A DNA stretch of 21,318 nucleotides from a virus (Duplodnaviria; Heunggongvirae; Uroviricota; Caudoviricetes). The stretch is from IMG/VR virus record IMGVR_UViG_2660238462_000004; one strand, given 5' to 3'. The stretch's first letter is position 1; each line of letters starts with the position of its first letter. Made by a program: the position numbers and the translations under genes. Positions 7,860 through 16,423 of the stretch are shown here, piece after piece. Below the pieces are notes generated by a model, which ran no database searches, was not told the origin of the DNA, and saw nothing but the letters and a program-made list of their open reading frames with translations.

Positions 7860-8199
7860 TCACCATAACTGCTAACCATTCTGACCATTTCACAAGTGAC
7901 AGAGTCAATATCGTATTCTGTCACTGTCAGGCTAATACAGCAATGCAATTCAACTACAGCAATGCCTCGTATTTAGGTGAATTTACAATATCGTCCAGTT
8001 CGGATGCCGGCTGCATTTCTGAAGATAAGGCATTTCGGTTCTCGTATTTTCCCCTCATGCTCGTCAGTCCTGCGCGTAGTAAGAAACAGGACACTCACAC
8101 TAATTTGTGTGGGCATGCTGTGATGTCCTTCTGAATTATCCCCATGCCATTATGTAAAGCTCTGTTTCAGATGCTCGTCACGGTTGTCAGGCTGTCGGG

Positions 8200-8290
8200 T
8201 CCTCCCAGTGGGGGTCCCTGCCACGGGGCGGGAGCGTCGCGGAAAAAGGCTAGTTTTTGCATTTCCATGGCGGCGGCAGCATGTTTGGTA
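8200..8290. other. Candidate cos / packaging-initiation region
   Basis: GC-rich island (ggggtccctgccacggggcgggagcgtcgcgg ... catggcggcggcagcatg) in an AT-rich intergenic region, ~180-200 bp upstream of the terminase small-subunit start, as lambda cosN lies ~190 bp upstream of Nu1. The gggcgg...cgcgg motif resembles the lambda cohesive-end region. Confidence 0.3.
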
Positions 8291-8421
8291 ATTTATTGAT
8301 AATTAAAAGTTATTTCTCTTTTCAGCTGTACAATATTTTTTTCTCCCTGTCATTAGACTAGTTTGCAATTAATTGAAATATATAAATAAACCTGATTTTC
8401 ACCTGCCAGATGGAGTTGCTT

Positions 8422-8949
8422 ATGTCAAATGTGAGCGGGATCGGTGATGCTTATTACTGGAGTGTTTTTAAAATCGCCGAGGCCTTTGGGCTTCACTGGG
8501 ACACAGTAAAAAAACGGCTCCTCGCGGCCAACACTCCTGTGGCTGCGACTGTCAGGGGGAACCCCGTTTACGCCCTGCAGCATGTCGGGCCTGCCCTGTT
8601 TAGTGTGAAGCATGAGGCAGCAGACTCTGTTCATGATCCATCCCGTATGGAGCCGAAAGAGAGAAAGGACTGGTACCAGTCGGAAAATGAAAGGATCAAG
8701 CTGGAAAAGGAGCAGCGAAAACTCATCCCCGTTGATGAAGTAGTCATCGTCTATTCGTCCATGAGAAAGGCTGTCGTCCAGGTTCTGGAGACAATTCCGG
8801 ATGTTCTTGAACGCGATTGCGCCCTGACTCCTCAGGCCGTTGGCGTTGTACAGCAGGCCATTGATGACCTGCGATACACTCTTCAGGAAAAATCCTACGA
8901 GGCTTGTGCTGCTGAATTAATTCCTGATGAGGAAGGAGAGAGTCTCTAG
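8422..8949 (+). CDS. Terminase small subunit (putative DNA-recognition subunit)
   Basis: 175 aa ending 8 nt before the terminase large subunit; SD ggag 6 nt upstream of ATG 8422; N-terminal region plausibly helix-turn-helix; acidic C-terminus. Assigned mainly by position and size. Confidence 0.6.
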   Translation: MSNVSGIGDAYYWSVFKIAEAFGLHWDTVKKRLLAANTPVAATVRGNPVYALQHVGPALFSVKHEAADSVHDPSRMEPKERKDWYQSENERIKLEKEQRKLIPVDEVVIVYSSMRKAVVQVLETIPDVLERDCALTPQAVGVVQQAIDDLRYTLQEKSYEACAAELIPDEEGESL

Positions 8950-8957
8950 GAGGAATA

Positions 8958-11057
8958 ATGGGTTTTTCATCAGCCCGAAATTTGGGAAGGGACATATCGG
9001 CAGGATTTTCCCCACCACGTCGCATGCCGATTTCGGAGGCTGTTAAAAAATTCATGCGTGTTCCCAAGGGGGCTGGTAACTCGGTGCCATGGGATCCTGA
9101 ACTGACACCCTACATCATTGAGCCCATGAACTGCCTGGCATCGCGTGAATACGATGCGGTGATTTTTGTTGGTCCTGCGCGAACAGGGAAGACCATTGGT
9201 CTGATCGATGGATGGATTGTCTATACCATCGTTTGCGATCCTTCGGACATGCTCGTTGTGCAGATGACCGAAGATAAGGCCCGCGAGCATTCAAAAAAGC
9301 GCCTCGACAGAACGTTCAGAAGCAGTGCGGCGGTAAAGAAAAGAATGAGTCCACGTCGTAATGACAATAATGTCCATGATAAGACGTTCAGGGATGGCTC
9401 GTTCCTTAAAATTGGTTGGCCCTCGGTCAACATTATGTCGTCGTCGGATTACCGGTTTGTCGCCTTAACCGATTACGACCGTTTTCCGGAGAATATCGAC
9501 AGCGAGGGTGATGGTTTCTCCCTGGCCTCAAAACGTACCACCACATTTATGTCCGCCGGGATGACTCTGGTGGAGAGCTCGCCGGGACGTGACATCTGCG
9601 ACAGCAAATGGCGACGTAAGTCGCCTCATGAAGCGCCACCGACGACTGGTATTCTTTCCCTTTACAATCGTGGTGACCGCCGCCGCTGGTACTGGCCATG
9701 TCCGCACTGCGGTGAATATTTTCAGCCAGCCATGGATGCCATGACCGGCTACCGTAATGAACCGGATCCCTTTAAAGCCAGTGAGGCGGCGTATCTACTT
9801 TGCCCGCACTGCAGCGGCATTATCACGGCGGAGAAAAAGCGTGAGCTCAATAGTGCAGGAGTCTGGTTGCGTGAAGGTCAGGTCATTGATTGTAACGGCA
9901 ACGTTTCCGGTGAACCGCGCCGCTCCCGTATCGCCAGTTTCTGGATGGAAGGGCCAGCTGCTGCGTATCAGACCTGGGCGCAACTGGTTTACAAATTACT
10001 GACTGCAGAACAGGAGTATGAAGCGACAGGAAGTGAAGAAACACTCAGGGCGGTTATCAACACCGACTGGGGATTACCTTATCTTCCCCGCGCCAGCATG
10101 GAGCAACGAAAAAGTGAACTGCTTGAGCAGCGGGCAGAGCCAGTTCCTTCCCGCAGTGTGCCGGATGGCGTTAATTTTCTTGTGGCGACAGTGGATGTGC
10201 AGGCGGGACGTCATCGCCGTTTTGTGGTTCAGGTAACGGGCTATGGCAGCCGTGGCGAACGCTGGATTATTGATCGTTACAACATCACGCAGTCATTGCG
10301 CGGTGACAGCGACGGGGAGAGCCAGCGAATTGATCCGGCCAGCTATCCGGAAGACTGGGATGTCCTGCTGACGGATGTTTTTCATAAAAGCTGGCCGCTG
10401 GCCTCCGATCCTTCTCAACAAATGCGACTGATGGCAATGGCGGTGGACTCCGGCGGTGAAGACGGGGTCACTGATAATGCCTATAAATTCTGGCGTCGTT
10501 GCCGTCGTGATGGCCTTGGTAAACGTATTTACCTGTTTAAGGGCGACAGCATCCGGCGCGCAAAACTGATCACCCGTACATTCCCTGATAACACCGGACG
10601 AACGGGCCGACGGGCGCAGGCCGCAGGTGATGTGCCGCTCTGGCTTCTTCAGACGGATGCACTGAAAGACCGGGTGAATAACGCGTTATGGCGTGACTCG
10701 CCAGGTCCCGGCTATGTGCATTTCCCTGACTGGCTGGGGAGCTGGTTTTACGACGAACTGACGTATGAAGAGCGGAGCAGTGACGGGAAATGGAGTAAGC
10801 CGGGTCGCGGTGCCAACGAAGCTTTTGACCTGATGGTGTATGCCGAGGCTCTGGTCATTCTGCATGGATACGAAAAGATCCGCTGGCCGGATGCACCGGA
10901 GTGGGCGAGCCGGGAAACCTGGCTGGAGTGTGTCCCGGACAGTACCGAACCGTCATCCTCACCGGAACCGGTATCCACGCCTGTTAAAAAACAAAAACGG
11001 AAGAAAACAGTAACTGACGATGTTAACCCCTGGCTGACTTCCGGAGGATGGTTATGA
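8958..11057 (+). CDS. Terminase large subunit (gpA family)
   Basis: 699 aa; Walker A VFVGPARTGKTIG; Cys-rich CPHCGEYF and CPHC motifs; strong SD aggagg; placed between TerS and W/portal. Confidence 0.9.
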   Translation: MGFSSARNLGRDISAGFSPPRRMPISEAVKKFMRVPKGAGNSVPWDPELTPYIIEPMNCLASREYDAVIFVGPARTGKTIGLIDGWIVYTIVCDPSDMLVVQMTEDKAREHSKKRLDRTFRSSAAVKKRMSPRRNDNNVHDKTFRDGSFLKIGWPSVNIMSSSDYRFVALTDYDRFPENIDSEGDGFSLASKRTTTFMSAGMTLVESSPGRDICDSKWRRKSPHEAPPTTGILSLYNRGDRRRWYWPCPHCGEYFQPAMDAMTGYRNEPDPFKASEAAYLLCPHCSGIITAEKKRELNSAGVWLREGQVIDCNGNVSGEPRRSRIASFWMEGPAAAYQTWAQLVYKLLTAEQEYEATGSEETLRAVINTDWGLPYLPRASMEQRKSELLEQRAEPVPSRSVPDGVNFLVATVDVQAGRHRRFVVQVTGYGSRGERWIIDRYNITQSLRGDSDGESQRIDPASYPEDWDVLLTDVFHKSWPLASDPSQQMRLMAMAVDSGGEDGVTDNAYKFWRRCRRDGLGKRIYLFKGDSIRRAKLITRTFPDNTGRTGRRAQAAGDVPLWLLQTDALKDRVNNALWRDSPGPGYVHFPDWLGSWFYDELTYEERSSDGKWSKPGRGANEAFDLMVYAEALVILHGYEKIRWPDAPEWASRETWLECVPDSTEPSSSPEPVSTPVKKQKRKKTVTDDVNPWLTSGGWL

Positions 11058-11266
11058 ACCAGAATGATATCGAAGCCATGATTCAGCGTTATACGGAAGC
11101 TGAAATGGCGGTGCTGGACGGAAAATCCGTCACCTTTAATGGTCAGCAGATGACCATGGAAAACTTATCTGAGATCCGGCAGGGACGGCAGGAGTGGGAG
11201 CGCCGCCTTGCGGCTCTGATTACACGACGACGGGGGCATCCCGGGTATCGGCTGGCGAGGTTCTGA
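11054..11266 (+). CDS. Head-tail joining protein gpW-like
   Basis: ~70 aa MNQNDIEAMIQRYTEAEMAVLDGKSVTFNGQQMTMENLSEIRQGRQEWERRLAALITRRRGHPGYRLARF; resembles the end of lambda W; start overlaps the TerL stop and the stop overlaps the portal start. Confidence 0.75.
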   Translation: MNQNDIEAMIQRYTEAEMAVLDGKSVTFNGQQMTMENLSEIRQGRQEWERRLAALITRRRGHPGYRLARF

Positions 11267-12774
11267 TGGCAATTCTTGATGATGTGATTGGCGTTTTTTC
11301 ACCAGGATGGAAAGCGGCAAGGCTGCGTTCCCGTGCGGTGATCCAGGCTTATGAGGCCGTAAAAACGACGCGGACACACAAAGCCCGACGGGAGAACCGA
11401 ACTGCCGACCAGTTAAGCCAGTACGGGGCCGTGTCGTTACGTGAGCAGGCCCGTTACCTTGATAACAACCACGATCTGGTTATTGGTGTATTTGACAAGC
11501 TGGAAGAACGGGTGGTGGGGAAAAACGGGATTATTGTCGAGCCACATCCGGTATTACGCAATGGGGCCATTGCCCGTGACCTGGCTGCGGAGATTCGCAC
11601 CCGATGGAGTGAATGGTCTGTCAGCCCGGAAGTCACCGGGCAGTTTACCCGTCCGATGCTGGAACGTCTGATGCTTCGTACCTGGCTGCGCGATGGTGAG
11701 GTGTTTGCCCAGATGGTTTCCGGGCGCATAAACAGCCTGACGCCTTCTGCCGGTGTTCATTTCTGGCTGGAGGCGCTCGAGCCGGACTTTATTCCCATGA
11801 CCAGTGATGAGAGCAACAGGCTGAATCAGGGCGTGTTTGTTGATGACTGGGGGCGTCCCGAAAAATATCTGGTGTATAAAAGCCGTCCCGTATCCGGACG
11901 GCAGATGGAAACCAAAGAAGTGGATGCAGAGCGAATGCTGCATCTTAAATTTGTTCGCCGTCTGCACCAGATGCGCGGGACGTCTTTATTGTCCGGTGTG
12001 CTGATCCGCCTCAGTGCTCTGAAAGAGTATGAAGATTCTGAGCTGACTGCAGCAAGGATCGCCGCTGCTCTGGGGATGTACATCCGGAAAGGCGACGGGC
12101 AGAGCTATGAAGCGGATGGTAATGGCAGCAAGGATAAGGAACGCGAGCTTACCATTCAGCCAGGCATTATTTACGATGATCTGAAACCCGGCGAAGAAAT
12201 CGGAATGGTGAAGTCGGATCGCCCCAATCCTAACCTTGAAACTTTTCGTAATGGTCAGTTGCGTGCCGTGGCGGCGGGCAGTCGTCTGAGTTTTTCCAGT
12301 ACAGCGCGCAACTATAACGGCACTTACAGCGCCCAGCGTCAGGAGCTGGTTGAATCCACTGATGGCTACCTGATCCTGCAGGACTGGTTTATTGGTGCCG
12401 TCACCCGTCCGATGTATCGTGCCTGGCTGAAACAGGCTGTGGCATCCGGTGTTATCAGGCTACCCCGCGATCTTGACCGTTCTTCACTGTATACCGCGGT
12501 GTATTCCGGACCGGTGATGCCGTGGATTGACCCTGTTAAGGAGGCTGAGGCCTGGAAAATCCAGATTCGTGGTGGAGCGGCGACAGAATCAGACTGGGTA
12601 CGTGCTGGTGGTCGTAATCCGGATGATGTCAAACGTCGGCGCAAGGCCGAAATTGATGAAAACCGCAAGCTGGATCTGGTATTTGATACCGATCCGGCCA
12701 GTGATAAAGGAGGCAGCAGTGCCGCAACGAAACGACATGAGCCGCAGCACACCGACGACCAGTCCGAAGAATAA
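11266..12774 (+). CDS. Portal protein (lambda gpB family)
   Basis: 502 aa from ATG 11266 (ATGA overlap with the W stop); the track ORF starts upstream at 11194 inside W, which I treat as a frame extension. Confidence 0.9.
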   Translation: MAILDDVIGVFSPGWKAARLRSRAVIQAYEAVKTTRTHKARRENRTADQLSQYGAVSLREQARYLDNNHDLVIGVFDKLEERVVGKNGIIVEPHPVLRNGAIARDLAAEIRTRWSEWSVSPEVTGQFTRPMLERLMLRTWLRDGEVFAQMVSGRINSLTPSAGVHFWLEALEPDFIPMTSDESNRLNQGVFVDDWGRPEKYLVYKSRPVSGRQMETKEVDAERMLHLKFVRRLHQMRGTSLLSGVLIRLSALKEYEDSELTAARIAAALGMYIRKGDGQSYEADGNGSKDKERELTIQPGIIYDDLKPGEEIGMVKSDRPNPNLETFRNGQLRAVAAGSRLSFSSTARNYNGTYSAQRQELVESTDGYLILQDWFIGAVTRPMYRAWLKQAVASGVIRLPRDLDRSSLYTAVYSGPVMPWIDPVKEAEAWKIQIRGGAATESDWVRAGGRNPDDVKRRRKAEIDENRKLDLVFDTDPASDKGGSSAATKRHEPQHTDDQSEE

Positions 12775-14746
12775 TTCCTGGTTCAGGATGCAGGCTGGTC
12801 ACCAGAGTGACGCGGATATTTATATTTATGACGAGATTGGTTTCTGGGGTGTTACAGCGAAGCAGTTTATCAGTGATCTGAATGCACTGGGCGATATCAC
12901 CCACATTAATCTCCATATTAATTCACCGGGTGGCGATGTCTTTGAAGGCATCGCCATTTTTAATGCGCTGAAAACACATGGTGCGTCCATTACCGTTTAT
13001 GTCGACGGTGTGGCGGCGTCAATGGCGTCGGTCATTGCGATGGTGGGAAACCCGGTCATTATGCCGGAAAACACCTTCATGATGATTCATAAACCATTTG
13101 GCTTTACGGGCGGTGATGCGGAGGACATGCGCACCTATGCCGACCTGCTCGATAAAGTTGAGGCGGTTCTGTTACCCGCTTATGCACAGAAAACCGGGAA
13201 AACCACCGATGAAATTGCTGCCATGCTGGCGGATGAGACCTGGATGTCCGGTGCCGAATGTCTGGCACATGGATTTGCTGATCAGGTAACGCCAGCCGTT
13301 AAGGCAATGGCATGTATTCAGTCAAAACGTACAGAGGAATTTAAAAAGATGCCGGAATCCATTCGAAACATGATTACTCCGCCACGCAACAGTGCTCCAC
13401 GCGTACAGGATAATGAACCTGAAGCCTCCCGGACGCCAGTGCAGGCAGCAGCACCCGTGGTGGATGAAAACAGCATCCGTGCGCAGGTACTGGCAGAGCA
13501 AAAAGCGCGTGTAAACGGTATTAATGATCTGTTTGCCATGTTTGGCGGGCGTTATCAGACGCTGCAGGCTCAGTGTCTTGCCGATCCTGAATGTTCGCTG
13601 GAGCAGGCCCGCGAAAAGCTGTTGAACGAGATGGGGCGCGAGTCCACGCCATCCAATAAAAATACCCCGGCTCATATTTATGCCGGTAACGGTAATTTTG
13701 TGGGGGACGGGATCCGCCAGGCGCTGATGGCGCGTGCCGGATTTGAAAAAACCGAACGTGATAATGTCTACAACGGGATGACCCTGCGTGAATATGCCCG
13801 TATGTCACTGACTGAACGGGGTATTGGGGTTTCCAGTTATAACCCGATGCAGATGGTCGGTGCGGCGTTCACACACAGTACGTCTGACTTCGGTAATATT
13901 CTGCTGGATGTTGCGAACAAAGCCATTCTGCAGGGCTGGGAAGATGCCCCTGAAACCTATGAACAGTGGACGCGGAAAGGTCAGTTGTCTGATTTTAAAA
14001 TTGCCCATCGTGTGGGTATGGGTGGCTTCAGTGCTCTGCGTCAGGTGCGTGAAGGGGCGGAATATAAATACGTCACCACCGGAGATAAACAGGCCACTAT
14101 TGCACTGGCGACCTATGGCGAGCTGTTCAGTATCACCCGTCAGGCCATTATCAATGATGATCTGAATATGCTGACCGATGTCCCGATGAAACTGGGCCGT
14201 GCGGCGAAATCCACTATTGCCGATCTGGTTTATGCCATTCTGACGTCTAACCCGAAAATCTCCACAGATAATGTAAGTCTGTTCGATAAAGCGAAACATG
14301 CAAACGTACTGGAGAGCGCTGCAATGGACGTGGCATCGCTGGATAAAGCCCGCCAGTTGATGCGCGTTCAGAAAGAGGGGGAGCGTCATCTGAATATTCG
14401 TCCTGCGTTCGTACTGGTACCGACGGCGATGGAGTCTGTTGCTAACCAGGTCATTCGCTCCTCAAGTGTCAAGGGGGCTGACATTAACGCCGGTATTATT
14501 AACCCGGTGAAAGATTTTGCGACCGTTATTGCAGAGCCTCGTCTTGATGATAACAGCCAGACCACCTTCTACCTGGCTGCGTCAAAAGGCTCCGATACGA
14601 TTGAAGTGGCTTATCTCAACGGTGTGGATACGCCATATATTGATCAGATGGAGGGCTTCAGTGTGGATGGCGTGACAACGAAAGTGCGTATTGACGCCGG
14701 TGTCGCGCCAGTTGATCACCGCGGTCTGGTGAAATGTACGGCGTAA
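12737..14746 (+). CDS. Fused prohead protease (ClpP/S49-like) - scaffold - major capsid protein (HK97-fold)
   Basis: N-terminal ~200 aa carry a ClpP-like region (HINSPGGDVFEGIAIFNALKTHGASITVYVDGVAASMASVIAMVGNPVIMPENTFMMIHKP); the C-terminal ~330 aa look like an HK97-type capsid protein. One uninterrupted frame; the start (ATG 12737 or 12788) overlaps the portal end. Confidence 0.85.
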   Translation: MSRSTPTTSPKNNSWFRMQAGHQSDADIYIYDEIGFWGVTAKQFISDLNALGDITHINLHINSPGGDVFEGIAIFNALKTHGASITVYVDGVAASMASVIAMVGNPVIMPENTFMMIHKPFGFTGGDAEDMRTYADLLDKVEAVLLPAYAQKTGKTTDEIAAMLADETWMSGAECLAHGFADQVTPAVKAMACIQSKRTEEFKKMPESIRNMITPPRNSAPRVQDNEPEASRTPVQAAAPVVDENSIRAQVLAEQKARVNGINDLFAMFGGRYQTLQAQCLADPECSLEQAREKLLNEMGRESTPSNKNTPAHIYAGNGNFVGDGIRQALMARAGFEKTERDNVYNGMTLREYARMSLTERGIGVSSYNPMQMVGAAFTHSTSDFGNILLDVANKAILQGWEDAPETYEQWTRKGQLSDFKIAHRVGMGGFSALRQVREGAEYKYVTTGDKQATIALATYGELFSITRQAIINDDLNMLTDVPMKLGRAAKSTIADLVYAILTSNPKISTDNVSLFDKAKHANVLESAAMDVASLDKARQLMRVQKEGERHLNIRPAFVLVPTAMESVANQVIRSSSVKGADINAGIINPVKDFATVIAEPRLDDNSQTTFYLAASKGSDTIEVAYLNGVDTPYIDQMEGFSVDGVTTKVRIDAGVAPVDHRGLVKCTA

Positions 14747-14769
14747 ACGTCGCAGACAACAACTCTGAT

Positions 14770-14790
14770 GGCCCGTAAGGGCTTTTTTTG
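14770..14790 (+). terminator. Intrinsic terminator immediately after the capsid gene
   Basis: ggcccgtaagggc (4-bp GC stem, GTAA loop) followed by ttttttt; a second hairpin cagcccctgaacggggctg follows at 14801-14819. Confidence 0.5.
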
Positions 14791-14832
14791 TACCTGAAAT
14801 CAGCCCCTGAACGGGGCTGTGCGGAGACAGTT

Positions 14833-15156
14833 ATGGCAAAGAATTTTGTAGAAGAAGGAAAAACGGTGGCGATTGTTGCCAGTGCAGCCATCAGCAGCGG
14901 AGATCTGGTGCAGGTGGGTGATGTTTTTGCGGTGGCGCTGACCGATATTCCACAGGGTGAAACAGGCGACGGCATGACCGAAGGTGTGTTTATCCTGCCT
15001 AAACTGAAAACGGATGACATGAAAACGGGTAAGAAGGTTTATCTGAAGTCCGGAAAAGTTCAGCTGACTAACAGCGGCTCTGATCCGCTGGTCGGGGTTG
15101 TCTGGGCAGATGCCGGAACCAGTGCAGAAGAAGTGCCGGTAAAACTCAATGTCTGA
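14833..15156 (+). CDS. Small head protein, possibly DUF2190-type decoration or head-completion protein
   Basis: 107 aa MAKNFVEEGKTVAIVASAAISSGDLVQVGDVFAVALTDIPQGETGDG...; SD ggagacag; placed directly after the capsid gene. Confidence 0.5.
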   Translation: MAKNFVEEGKTVAIVASAAISSGDLVQVGDVFAVALTDIPQGETGDGMTEGVFILPKLKTDDMKTGKKVYLKSGKVQLTNSGSDPLVGVVWADAGTSAEEVPVKLNV

Positions 15157-15424
15157 TCCCTTTTCCCGGCTGGCAGCGCGTATGGATGCGATCACGGTCA
15201 GAAAGATGGGAAAGACAGCCTCGATTAATGATGTCGATATGGCTGTGATCCCGGGCGAAACACTGGCAGAGCTGAATGCTCTGTCCGGACCTGCGGTCTC
15301 TCTGGTGGTGTTTTCTTCGGGATACCGCCCACGGCGCGGGGATCGCGTTGTTTATGACGGACAACAATGGACGGTCACACGGCATGAACGTTTTAACGGT
15401 AAGCCAATGATCTTTATTGAGTAA
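15149..15424 (+). CDS. Head-tail connector, gpFII-like
   Basis: 91 aa MSDPFSRLAARMDAITVRKMG...PRRGDRVVYDGQQWTVTRHERFNGK; parallels lambda FII (MADFDNLFDAAIARADETIRGYMG...LRRGDTLTIGEENFWVDRV). Confidence 0.6.
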   Translation: MSDPFSRLAARMDAITVRKMGKTASINDVDMAVIPGETLAELNALSGPAVSLVVFSSGYRPRRGDRVVYDGQQWTVTRHERFNGKPMIFIE

Positions 15425-15435
15425 AGAGGTGTGGG

Positions 15436-16014
15436 ATGAAGGGGCTTGAGAATGCCATCCGCAATCTGAACAGCCTTGATACCCGTATGGTGCCACAGGC
15501 CAGCGCATGGGCGATAAACCGTGTGGCACAGAAAGCGGTCTCGGTTGCCACCCGGCAGGTTGCCGGGAATACCGTTGCGGGAGATAACCAGGTGAAAGGG
15601 ATCCCCCTGAAACTGGTACGTCAGCGTGTCCGGGTGTTTAAAGCCAGTCCGTCAGGAAAAATGACGGCCAGGATCCGCGTTAACCGGGGCAATCTGCCCG
15701 CCATTAAGCTGGGGACAGCCCGGGTCAGACTGGCCCGGCGTGGTGGAAAACTGCAGTACCGTGGCAGTGTGCTGAAGGTGGGTAAATATCTTTTCCGGGA
15801 TGCGTTTATTCAGCAACTGGCGAATGGTCGCTGGCATGTGATGCGGCGTATTGATGGCAAAAATCGTTACCCCATTGATGTGGTGAAAATCCCGCTTTCC
15901 GGACCGCTGACACAGGCATTTGAAGATGCCCGCGACCGCATCATTGCTGCGGAAATGCCGAAACAGCTGGGGTATGCACTGAAACAACAACTGAGGTTAT
16001 GGCTGACCCGATGA
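15436..16014 (+). CDS. Tail completion protein gpZ-like
   Basis: 192 aa (same length as lambda Z), MKGLENAIRNLNSLDTRMV...; SD agaggtg; lies between FII-like and U-like genes. Confidence 0.75.
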   Translation: MKGLENAIRNLNSLDTRMVPQASAWAINRVAQKAVSVATRQVAGNTVAGDNQVKGIPLKLVRQRVRVFKASPSGKMTARIRVNRGNLPAIKLGTARVRLARRGGKLQYRGSVLKVGKYLFRDAFIQQLANGRWHVMRRIDGKNRYPIDVVKIPLSGPLTQAFEDARDRIIAAEMPKQLGYALKQQLRLWLTR

Positions 16015-16412
16015 ACCGACATACACAAATCCGCCAGGCCGTACTGGCACGCCTTCGGGAACAGTGTGGAGACAGCGCCACGTTTTTTGACGGGCTTCCG
16101 GCATTTATTGATGCGCAGGAACTGCCTGCCGTGGCGGTGTGGCTGAGTGATGCTCAGTACACCGGAAAAATGACGGATGAAGATGACTGGCAGGCTGTTC
16201 TGCATATTGCTGTCTTCATCCGGGCACAGGCACCGGATTCAGAGCTGGATATGTGGATGGAGAGCACCATTTTCCCGGCTCTGAATGATATACCGGCACT
16301 TTCCGGACTCATCGACACCCTGATCCCTCTCGGTTTTAACTATCAACGTGATAATGAGATGGCCACCTGGGCGATGGCGGAAATCACGTACCAGATCACG
16401 TACACGAATTAA
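16011..16412 (+). CDS. Tail terminator protein gpU-like
   Basis: MNRHTQIRQAVLARL...ATFFDGLPAFIDAQELPAVAVWLSDAQYTGK...PDSELDMWMESTIFP...ITYQITYTN parallels recalled lambda U; ATGA overlap with the Z stop. Confidence 0.8.
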   Translation: MNRHTQIRQAVLARLREQCGDSATFFDGLPAFIDAQELPAVAVWLSDAQYTGKMTDEDDWQAVLHIAVFIRAQAPDSELDMWMESTIFPALNDIPALSGLIDTLIPLGFNYQRDNEMATWAMAEITYQITYTN

Positions 16413-16423
16413 AGGAGGTGGCA

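Noticed and set aside
7943-8134. 63-aa plus-strand ORF in the region upstream of the terminase genes
   Set aside because: No SD; Ser-rich and low-complexity; lies in the intergenic region that I interpret as regulatory or cos-proximal DNA.
8970-9433. Minus-strand ORFs antisense to the terminase large subunit, plus 9757-10236 alternate-frame ORFs
   Set aside because: Overlap a gene with a Walker A motif and strong SD; no support for independent genes.
11454-12083. Several minus-strand and alternate-frame ORFs within the portal gene
   Set aside because: Shadow ORFs in GC-rich coding sequence; the portal frame is continuous and family-like.
12527-12736. Upstream extension of the protease-capsid ORF to 12527
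   Set aside because: This stretch is the portal C-terminus in another frame; a start at ATG 12737 (or 12788) is more plausible than a 70-codon overlap.
13805-14389. 194-aa minus-strand ORF, with other minus ORFs at 13322-13808
   Set aside because: Antisense to the capsid domain of the protease-capsid fusion, which has clear family features; no independent start signals.
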